Virus record (IMG/VR): IMGVR_UViG_3300008117_000025
Location: 96,001-160,000 of that record
Direction: 5' to 3' (one strand)
Length of the DNA: 64,000 bases
Origin: a virus
The notes under the pieces: generated by a model
What the model was told of the DNA's origin: nothing
Database searches by the model: none
What the model saw: the letters and a program-made list of their open reading frames with translations, nothing else
In this document: positions 55,737 through 63,640 of the stretch, piece by piece
Position numbering within the stretch: position 1 is the stretch's first letter
Layout of the letters: each line of letters starts with the position of its first letter
Translations under genes and position numbers: made by a program

Positions 55737-56707
55737 TATGCTTTTTCTTTTTGGTAAGGAATTAATTTAGAATTATCAGGTAAGAATTTACCTTTTAATC
55801 CTAGTCTATCTTGGTTATCAATCCAATATTTTTGTAAATTATCAGGTATATCTGCTCTAGTTGAGTCAAGTATTTTAAGATATCTATCCATAATAGAATT
55901 ATATTCTTCTTTGGATATATTTTTTCTTATATAATCTTCTAATTTGAAATAATCATCAAGAATATCTTGAGTTAAATTAAAACCGTATAATTTATTTAAT
56001 AGAGCGATTGCTTCTTTAGGATTAGATGCTTCCTGCTTACCTGTTTCCTTATCTAAAACACCAGTAGTATGACCAAATGTTTTACCTTTATTAGCAAATA
56101 AAGCTAACATTAATTGTGTACGATGTAATCCTTTAACATTGCCCTCATATGATTGAGAATAATAACTAAAACGTAACCATTCAGGATTACCTACATTAAT
56201 ATCGGTTTGAACTGCTTTACCTACTTTTTCACCGTCAGGTCCGTATTGAGGTATAGCACAAAATATAGAGCCGGCACCTGATGCTTTAAGATCAACTTCA
56301 ACGTCAGGTAAAGCATCGTTAATTTTATCTCCAATCAATACAATCATAGCACGTAATTGGAGTTTTTCAGGAGTAGCGGTTCTAGCTTTTTTAGTAAATT
56401 GAGCTAAAAGTTCATTATATTTGTTTTCATCTACACCCCAGCCTTTAAAGTCAGGTTTTCCACCAGGAAATATATTTTGAATATCATATGATAAATCAAT
56501 ATCACCTGACACGGCTTTTTTACCAGCAGATCCTAATTTTTCAAATGCTTTAAACGTTGATGCCTTTGCAGGAAATATTTTAGATAATTGATCTACAAAT
56601 TTTTCAATTGTAGGTTCAATATTGTCTTTTTCAATTGAATCGGTAGTACCAAATACATTACCACCTTCTAACAATATTTGTTTAGCTATTTTTAATAATT
56701 GGATCAT
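55736..56707 (-). CDS. Pol-beta-superfamily nucleotidyltransferase with MIQLLKIAKQILLE leader
   Basis: EGGNVF...LGSAGKKAVSGDIDL...VQTDINV. Confidence 0.75.
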   Translation of the reverse strand: MIQLLKIAKQILLEGGNVFGTTDSIEKDNIEPTIEKFVDQLSKIFPAKASTFKAFEKLGSAGKKAVSGDIDLSYDIQNIFPGGKPDFKGWGVDENKYNELLAQFTKKARTATPEKLQLRAMIVLIGDKINDALPDVEVDLKASGAGSIFCAIPQYGPDGEKVGKAVQTDINVGNPEWLRFSYYSQSYEGNVKGLHRTQLMLALFANKGKTFGHTTGVLDKETGKQEASNPKEAIALLNKLYGFNLTQDILDDYFKLEDYIRKNISKEEYNSIMDRYLKILDSTRADIPDNLQKYWIDNQDRLGLKGKFLPDNSKLIPYQKEKA

Positions 56708-56714
56708 AATTAAA

Positions 56715-56755
56715 CATAAATAGGCAGCTTGGACAGCCCAAGCTACCTATAAATA
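56715..56755 (-). promoter_or_regulatory. Two TATTTAT motifs flanking a 12-bp hairpin
   Basis: Minus strand TATTTATAGGTAGCTTGG-GCTGT-CCAAGCTGCCTATTTATG. Confidence 0.55.
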
Positions 56756-56769
56756 TTTGTTATTTTTGA

Positions 56770-57972
56770 TTATTGACCTTTAGCTGGGAAGCGTGTCCAT
56801 CCATTTATCCATGATGGTCTAGCCAGAGCTTCCATCTCTAATTTAGTGTAATTTTTTTCAATATTACCTTCACCTAATGCTTTTGTTTTCATTTGAGATG
56901 CAGTAAATAATGTTGAAGTTGATTTAAAGTTTAATAATGGATCATATGCTTGAATTTCATTATTTTCAAATTTACTAACACCATCTTTATAAGAGGTTGC
57001 TGTTTCATTTGATTCAATTGAAAATGCACCTTTTTGATATCCTAATATTTTAGAATTAGTAATCGTAAATTGTGTAGCACGTCTCCATCTTAAACCTAAG
57101 TTGTGATTAGCTAAAGCAGCAGCATCAAATGGACCAATTAATGTCATTCCTACTAATTTAGGATGAGTAAATGGTTGAGCGGAAGATCCAACACCATCAT
57201 TATCACATTCTACACCATTACCTGCATCTCCATTATCTACGAATTGAGGGTCACGCTTTGATACTCCATTTGTTACAGTTCCTGTATAACCAAAATCAAA
57301 ATCATAATCATCATCTGCTGTTGCAAATGCATATAGGTTTTTAGGGGATACAGTACCACCAAAGAATTCAAATGCATCGTCGTTAGCATATACTGTTTGA
57401 ACGTTTTCAATTATAGTACCTGAACCTACTCCACCTAATGTTAAAGCGTTAATTTCAGAGTTAGGTAAAGCAGCAACACCAGCATATTCAATACGAACAT
57501 ACTTTAATACACCACTATTGTCAGCATCATTAGTACCACCAAATGCTCTACCAATGCCGCCTTCAATAGTTGGTTCTGATGAGCGATTAGTTTTAGCGCG
57601 ACCTAAAATTACAATACCACCCCAATCGCCAGGAGATCTCTCGCCAGCGTTTTTACCTGAGGTGAATATAATCGGTTTTGTAGATGTTCCTTCAGCAATG
57701 ATTTGGGCTCCTCTTTCAATACACAAAGCACCTTTTTCAGCAATATCGCTTACAATAGTGGTGCCAGGTTGAATAATAATTTTAGCTCCATCAGTTACAT
57801 ACACATATCCTTTTAAAGTCCATACCTTGTCTGATGTTAAGGTAATAGTTGTGTTAATATTGCCATTAAGTACAGTGTTTGATGGTACATTGATAGGTCC
57901 ATCTTCACCACCTAATTCTTTAGTGCAGGAAAATATCCCTACTAATGCTAATAATGTTAATAGCTTTTTCAT
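56770..57972 (-). CDS. Bacteroidota-type lipoprotein with a probable beta-helix fold
   Basis: Lipobox MKKLLTLLALVGIFSC; IQPGTTI, IIAEGT..KPIIFTS, GDWGGIVILG, DDAFEFFGG, GNGVECD. Confidence 0.85.
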   Translation of the reverse strand: MKKLLTLLALVGIFSCTKELGGEDGPINVPSNTVLNGNINTTITLTSDKVWTLKGYVYVTDGAKIIIQPGTTIVSDIAEKGALCIERGAQIIAEGTSTKPIIFTSGKNAGERSPGDWGGIVILGRAKTNRSSEPTIEGGIGRAFGGTNDADNSGVLKYVRIEYAGVAALPNSEINALTLGGVGSGTIIENVQTVYANDDAFEFFGGTVSPKNLYAFATADDDYDFDFGYTGTVTNGVSKRDPQFVDNGDAGNGVECDNDGVGSSAQPFTHPKLVGMTLIGPFDAAALANHNLGLRWRRATQFTITNSKILGYQKGAFSIESNETATSYKDGVSKFENNEIQAYDPLLNFKSTSTLFTASQMKTKALGEGNIEKNYTKLEMEALARPSWINGWTRFPAKGQ

Positions 57973-58445
57973 AAATTAAGATTGATTGTTAATGAGATTG
58001 ATTGTTCGTTGTTTGTTTTGATTAAATTACCTCTTGTTTTTTGGTAGTAGATAGATGGTTGCGCAAGTACATCACCTATTGCCAATTTGATTTCACCTTT
58101 ATTTATCTTACGTAAGTAAACTAAGTCGATTATATCTCTAGAATTTTCAAATATATCAGCATACCCTTGGAATCCAACTGCTGATATTCTGTCTCCTACT
58201 CTATTATATGATACGTTTAATGTATTTTTATTTTTATGGAAATTTAAACCACTGTTAATAACGTATTTTGATTGGCCTTGTAATTGGCGTTTTATACCAT
58301 TTACTTTAACTTCAGAATTAGTTAAAGCTGTATTTGTGTAAAAATCTAACCACTCATTTACTTTTTTACGAATTTCAAATTCAACACCATAAATTATAGC
58401 TGATTTGGGGTTGGTGAATTTCACCTGATTTAGGATAAAATTCAT
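57969..58445 (-). pseudogene. C-terminal fragment of the TonB-dependent receptor
   Basis: YGVEFEIRK, LQGQSKYVINSGL, C-terminal aromatic/hydrophobic beta-signal-like ISLTINLNL; frame-shifted from 58381..60123. Confidence 0.75.
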
Positions 58446-60123
58446 ATTTAAGATCTAAATTATAGATATCTGATTTTTCTAGATTAGGATTACCTAATAA
58501 TTGGGCGTTTCTAACAAAATCATAATAAGCAAAGTTAGCTACTTCTCTAAATTCAGGACGAGATAATGTTTTGCTAGCTGATATGCGGTATTTGGTTTTA
58601 TCTAAATTATAAGATAAATTTAATGATGGTAAAACATCTAAATATTTTCTATTTACATTTACTTTAGTACCGCTAAAATCAGCTGTATTGACATTAAATA
58701 GATTATATTCAGTTCTTAAACCAGTATTTAATTTCCATTTCCCAAATTCATTATCGTACATTGCATATCCATTTGCTAAATCAAAATCAGCTACATACTT
58801 ATCTGTATTGTTTGTGATTTCATTTAGCATATCTGCTGCTTCATATCTGAATATTCTGGCTTTAAAGTTTCTTGTTCTTTTAAGGTATCCACCACCAACT
58901 TTAACTTTATTAAATGATTTATTTAAATTACCATTAAAGCTATTTTCATCCATTACACTCCAAAAACGGTATGTATCTCTCCAGGCTACAGCATAAGGTT
59001 CATTTATACTTAATGATTTTGTAATTGGATTTACTCTATAGTCAGGTTGATCACGTAACATTAAATTATAACCTAAGTTAAAATCTAATGTTTTAATTTT
59101 ACCTTCAAATTGAGAATTTACAACAGTTTTAATAATGTGATTAGAAGCATTACTTCTTACATTTTGAACATTATCATAATTTTCACCATTACGAGTTAAA
59201 TATGATTGTTCAATTTGATGATTAAATAATGTCTTTAAGCTATATTTATTTTTACCTGTATAAGTAATATTAGCTAAACCATTTAATAGTGTTGTTTTAG
59301 TAAATAGTGTATCTTTATACTTATATGCTAATTCGGTTGATGATTGATAATCTTGTCTATCAATATAATTTAAAGAGTAAGTATTTCTAGCTGTGGAGCT
59401 AAATAAGAAATTCCAATTATTTTTCTTTAAACCAAAAGACAAAGATCCATTTGTATTAGGAATAGATGTAAATTGTTTAGCCTGAGGAGAATTAATTAAC
59501 TTAGTATATGCTCTTTTATCTCCATTACTGCTTATGCGGTATTTGTAAGTGGAAGGGAACATTGAAGGGAACTGAATAGATTCCACCAAGTTGAATTTTT
59601 GAGATGTAGACACCACTCCATAACTTGACCCCAGGCTTAAAGAAAAAAAATTGCTAGAAACATCTTTAGTAGCAATTTGAATAACACCACCAGCAAAATC
59701 TCCAGGCAAATTAGCAGTAGCCGATTTGGCTACAATTATATTGTCTATTAATCCTGAAGGTATAATATCGAATGAGAATGCTCTGCGATCAGGTTCAGTT
59801 GATGGTAGGTAGGTTTTATTTAGTAAAGCTAAATTATATCTATCAGCTAAACCACGTACTAATACGAATTTATCGTTTTGAATTGTAACACCATTTACTC
59901 TTTTAAGAGCATCACCTACTGTACGATCTGGTGTTTTTTTAATAAATTCAACTGATAGGCCATCAGAAATAACGGAGCTGTTCCTAATTGTGTTAAGAAC
60001 AGCTACGTTGGTTTCTTTTTTAGTTACGGAACGAACCGTAATATTGTCTAATTTTTTGTTAAATAGTGTGTCTTGAGAAAATAAAAATACAGGACACAAT
60101 AACAAGAATAATAAATGTTTCAA
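58381..60123 (-). pseudogene. TonB-dependent outer-membrane receptor, N-terminal part (TTG start), frameshifted
   Basis: Signal peptide; plug motifs GDALKRVNGVTIQNDKFVLVRGLADRYN and FSFDIIPSGLIDNI; LSRPEFRE, GNPNL. Confidence 0.85.
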
Positions 60124-60151
60124 ACGAGAAATTTTGTTTCACTTATAATTA

Positions 60152-60937
60152 TTAGGCATTTAATTTAATACTCGTGGGTAATAACTCCGTCATAGGCTTA
60201 AAGTCTGGGTTTTCAAGCTTATAGATTTCATATATGTTTTTAAACATGCTGAAATTAGTAGCAATGCCATCTGATGGTTTTAATTGCCATCCTTTACCTT
60301 GAATTGCATCTTTTTTACCCTCACCACGAGTAGATGCTTTTAACCACAAAATACCTGTGCGTTCAATAAGAGTATCGTGTGTTTCATTCCAAGCAACAGC
60401 ATACGCTGCTAATTGTAAATCATATGAAGTATGGAGTGAATTTGATGTTTTAATATCAAGTAACCAAACTTGATCATTTAATCTAACAATCAAGTCAGCT
60501 GTACCTGCATATTCATGAGCGTCTGAAAATAAATGATATTCTGTAGCAATTAGTTCTGGTTTATGTGTATTCCAAAATTCGGCAAATTTAAGAATCATCT
60601 TCCAAACTTCTAAACTATATTCTGCTCTTCCGTTTTCATCTAACCAATTAATTTCTTCACCATTCAAGAAACGATCAATAGCAGTGTGTACTTGTGTACC
60701 TTCAGATGCTGCTCTAGAAGCAATGATATCAGCATTGTGACCTACATCTTTAAGCCACTCATGGAAAAATTTATTTTTAGGAAAATAATTTAATACTGAT
60801 GTTACTGAAGGATAGTATTTGTCGTTGCGTCTATAGAATCGGGAGTCTAAAACATTAATTTGCTTGTCTCCTTGGCTGTACTCAACGATGCGCTTAATTT
60901 TAGGGTCTTTTATGACGTTAACGTGTCTGTCAATCAT
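60152..60937 (-). CDS. PD-(D/E)XK exonuclease (lambda-exo/Cas4-like phage family)
   Basis: YPSVTSVL, GTQVH, AGTADL...LLDIKTS, QLAAYA. Confidence 0.85.
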   Translation of the reverse strand: MIDRHVNVIKDPKIKRIVEYSQGDKQINVLDSRFYRRNDKYYPSVTSVLNYFPKNKFFHEWLKDVGHNADIIASRAASEGTQVHTAIDRFLNGEEINWLDENGRAEYSLEVWKMILKFAEFWNTHKPELIATEYHLFSDAHEYAGTADLIVRLNDQVWLLDIKTSNSLHTSYDLQLAAYAVAWNETHDTLIERTGILWLKASTRGEGKKDAIQGKGWQLKPSDGIATNFSMFKNIYEIYKLENPDFKPMTELLPTSIKLNA

Positions 60938-61875
60938 ATTAGTTGTAGTTTTTTCTCAAGCAAGCTCTGTAAATTCAGAGGTTTTGTTTGCTCAAGAGTG
61001 TTAAGGAATTGTTCAAAACCAATTTCATTAGCGTCTTTACCTTCCATTTCTACAAGATATACTTCTTTACCGTATGACATAAGCATTTCAGCTTGTTTCA
61101 AAGCATCGCGCCTAGCGTCAGCATCTAAAGCAATATAAATTCTATCAACAGAGGCTTTAACTAATTTTTCCATTAGTTTTCCGTGTATTATTTTTCCAAA
61201 TAAAGGAATAACATTTCGTTTAATGGTGAGAGCATCAAATATCCCTTCTACAAGGATAATTGGTGCATCCCAATTTATAAATAATTCCCACCCAATAACA
61301 TCTTTAGCGGATGCAGGTGGGTTCTTATATTTTTGTAATGATGTTTCTTTATAGTCACGTGCTATAAAGTAATTTAATTTAGTATCAGCATCGTATGAAG
61401 GTATAATAACGCGACCTTCATATTTGCCTTCTTTACAAAAACCAATATTATATTTTATAATGTCATTTTGTGTAAGACCACGTTTTTTAAGGAACTTTAA
61501 AGCATGTTTCGCTTCAATTTGTATAATTCTATCTTCAGTTATATTTGAAAAAGATATAAATTCTTTAGGAAGTTCAAGTATATCTGAAGATACACTAATT
61601 TCTTTCTTGTTAGGGACTATTAGAATATTTAATTCAGCAATTTTATTTTGTGGTGCTTTAATTTTCTTAAATAGTGAAAGCAACGATTTACCCTTAGCAC
61701 CACACACCCAACAATGCCAAAAATTCTCACGTTTAGCTGTTGTGCGCAAGTTAATTTCCATTTTGTTTTTATGGTGTGTGCAAAATGGACACTTAAAGGC
61801 ATAGTTACCTTTACTTGTAGATTGCCCTTTGCCTAGTACGGATTCCACTAAAAATAGAAGCGCTGTATTATCCAT
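60934..61875 (-). CDS. dnaG: DNA primase, DnaG-like
   Basis: CPFC...HCWVC Zn finger; RVIIP; TOPRIM ILVEGIFDA; LDAD; KDANE. Confidence 0.9.
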   Translation of the reverse strand: MDNTALLFLVESVLGKGQSTSKGNYAFKCPFCTHHKNKMEINLRTTAKRENFWHCWVCGAKGKSLLSLFKKIKAPQNKIAELNILIVPNKKEISVSSDILELPKEFISFSNITEDRIIQIEAKHALKFLKKRGLTQNDIIKYNIGFCKEGKYEGRVIIPSYDADTKLNYFIARDYKETSLQKYKNPPASAKDVIGWELFINWDAPIILVEGIFDALTIKRNVIPLFGKIIHGKLMEKLVKASVDRIYIALDADARRDALKQAEMLMSYGKEVYLVEMEGKDANEIGFEQFLNTLEQTKPLNLQSLLEKKLQLI

Positions 61876-61880
61876 AACCT

Positions 61881-61912
61881 CAAATATACGAAATAACTTT
61901 GCCTACAACAAG
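61881..61912 (-). promoter_or_regulatory. Putative Bacteroidota sigma70-type promoter
   Basis: Minus strand CTTG-N20-TATATTTG (exact TAnnTTTG -7 element) before the primase. Confidence 0.6.
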
Positions 61913-62334
61913 TCTTTAGTAAAGAATTTACCTAGTATATTATCATTGTATGATCTGTCCTTTCCAATCAGAACTTCTTCTTTACACTGGAAATGCATTT
62001 CGTAATATGTTAATGCTTTTTTAGTTTTGCATTGTATTAGGATCCAACGATCAAAATTTTCCTCGCCATATTCCTTAATATCAGTAAGTAATTGTTTATT
62101 AGACCCCCAATATTTTTGCCAATCGCTTTCAGTACGAATTATTTCGTGAGTTGGTTTGCGACCTGGGCCAGTTTGTTCAGCAAGTTGTTTTTTAGTGAGT
62201 TTGTGTTTTTTATTATTCCAAAACACTTTTTTACCAATATAAAATTTACCTGTTTTTAAATTGGTAATTTTATAAACAAAACCATAATATTTTTCGGGAT
62301 TAGGTATATCCCAACTTTTCCACTTGTGTATCAT
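61903..62334 (-). CDS. GIY-YIG nuclease (Seg-like)
   Basis: GFVYKITNLKTGKFYIGKK, YWGSN, YYE, YNDNI. Confidence 0.8.
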   Translation of the reverse strand: MIHKWKSWDIPNPEKYYGFVYKITNLKTGKFYIGKKVFWNNKKHKLTKKQLAEQTGPGRKPTHEIIRTESDWQKYWGSNKQLLTDIKEYGEENFDRWILIQCKTKKALTYYEMHFQCKEEVLIGKDRSYNDNILGKFFTKDLL

Positions 62335-62705
62335 ATTTCAACTATCCAAATAGATGGATCTATTCCTTTATTTATTAATCCTGACAGTCTGGTATTTCCA
62401 GCTAACAGATCATAGTCTTGATCATTAAATTTTACTGCTATAGGTATTTCTACTTTATTTTGATAAAATGATTTATTAAATCTATCTTTTTTAGGTTCTT
62501 CTAATTTGTTAAAATTTAAATCTATATTACCTAATACATCTTTAATTTTAGAATATTTTATAATGTATCCTTGATTAGCTATTTTTTTCCATTCCTCCTT
62601 TCCCATTTTTTTAAGTTCTGGATATCTGATAGCTTCTTCCCACTCAATGTCGAAATTGGGTTTAGTGTATTTTATTTCTTTTAAAAGATTTAATAGCTTA
62701 ATCAT
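62331..62705 (-). CDS. ParB/Srx-like small protein with MIKLLNLLKE leader
   Basis: PIAVK...DLLAGNTRL resembles the ParB IxDGxHR motif. Confidence 0.6.
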   Translation of the reverse strand: MIKLLNLLKEIKYTKPNFDIEWEEAIRYPELKKMGKEEWKKIANQGYIIKYSKIKDVLGNIDLNFNKLEEPKKDRFNKSFYQNKVEIPIAVKFNDQDYDLLAGNTRLSGLINKGIDPSIWIVEI

Positions 62706-63637
62706 TAGGTGTCATATTTCACAACAAAAGTCATATCAGTATCAGGAGACATTAACATGGGTTTACCAAATTTAGCTACAGCTAATAATTCATTATTGTC
62801 ATTGTATAGTCCTAAAGTAGTAGCGTAGGTGTAAAAATCAGAGCCAGTAGCAAAATTTCTTAAAATACTACCTGTATAACTACCAGTTATGAGTGATGGG
62901 TTATAAGATAAGTTATAATCACTTTCTTTTACTAAACAACGAACTTCATTTTCATAAATGATATGTTCATTTTTAAAAGATATTTGCCAATTATCTGTTT
63001 CAGGGGCTGTTGATAGATCTTGATTTGTTATAACAGCTATTCCTTGAGCATAAAATATATTTCCTATATAATTTTCAGGGGTTATTACGTTTTCTGCAAA
63101 GTAACCTTCGTAATCAAAATAGTTAATATTAATATATCTATCTGTTTCTCCTTGTAAGTCTATAAGATTACCATATCCATCATCAACAATAAAGTAAACA
63201 GAAGAAGACATAATAAAGGTAGTAGGTAATATTTTACTACCGTATACATCTTGATTAACAGATATTACTTGAATAGTTTCATTTATTCCTGTTGGATAAT
63301 TCCTAATTAATTCTTTTTTATCATTATATATAAAATAAGAAGCAGTCGGGCGTTGTTGAGAAGCAGACTCGTAATATATTGAATTTGCTAATGAAGATGT
63401 ATTTAGAGAAGAAGTATAAGTTTGATAATATAACTGATTTATCTGGGAGTATATTAGTCTTTGATATTGGTCATCAGTAGTAGTGGCTTCACCTGTTGAA
63501 AAGGTTCCAACAATGTTAGCACCTTGATATATTTTTAAATAACTAGAAAAAGAAGAAGAAGGAACAGCCCACTGCTTATTAGCAGAATATTGTACAACTG
63601 AAACGTCTGATTTGCTTAACTTTTTGAATGAAGACAT
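62705..63637 (-). CDS. Baseplate/tail-fibre-attachment structural protein
   Basis: C-terminal TTLGLYNDNNELLAVAKFGKP resembles tail-collar fibre domains. Confidence 0.6.
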   Translation of the reverse strand: MSSFKKLSKSDVSVVQYSANKQWAVPSSSFSSYLKIYQGANIVGTFSTGEATTTDDQYQRLIYSQINQLYYQTYTSSLNTSSLANSIYYESASQQRPTASYFIYNDKKELIRNYPTGINETIQVISVNQDVYGSKILPTTFIMSSSVYFIVDDGYGNLIDLQGETDRYININYFDYEGYFAENVITPENYIGNIFYAQGIAVITNQDLSTAPETDNWQISFKNEHIIYENEVRCLVKESDYNLSYNPSLITGSYTGSILRNFATGSDFYTYATTLGLYNDNNELLAVAKFGKPMLMSPDTDMTFVVKYDT

Positions 63638-63640
63638 GCA

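Noticed and set aside
51660-56707. Calling the nucleotidyltransferases CD-NTase (CBASS) or CCA-adding enzymes
   Set aside because: Only the superfamily GS...DxD motif is visible; subfamily needs structure or HMM evidence.
6883-56755. Canonical plus-strand T4 late promoters
   Set aside because: No plus-strand genes follow them; they consistently sit 5' of minus-strand genes.
26074-61875. Inteins or introns in terminase, portal, capsid or primase
   Set aside because: Motifs run continuously at expected lengths; no C/S...HN intein ends or interruptions were seen.
61903-62334. Mobile homing element around the GIY-YIG gene
   Set aside because: Single short catalytic domain, free-standing and coupled to its neighbours; no intron or insertion boundary is visible.
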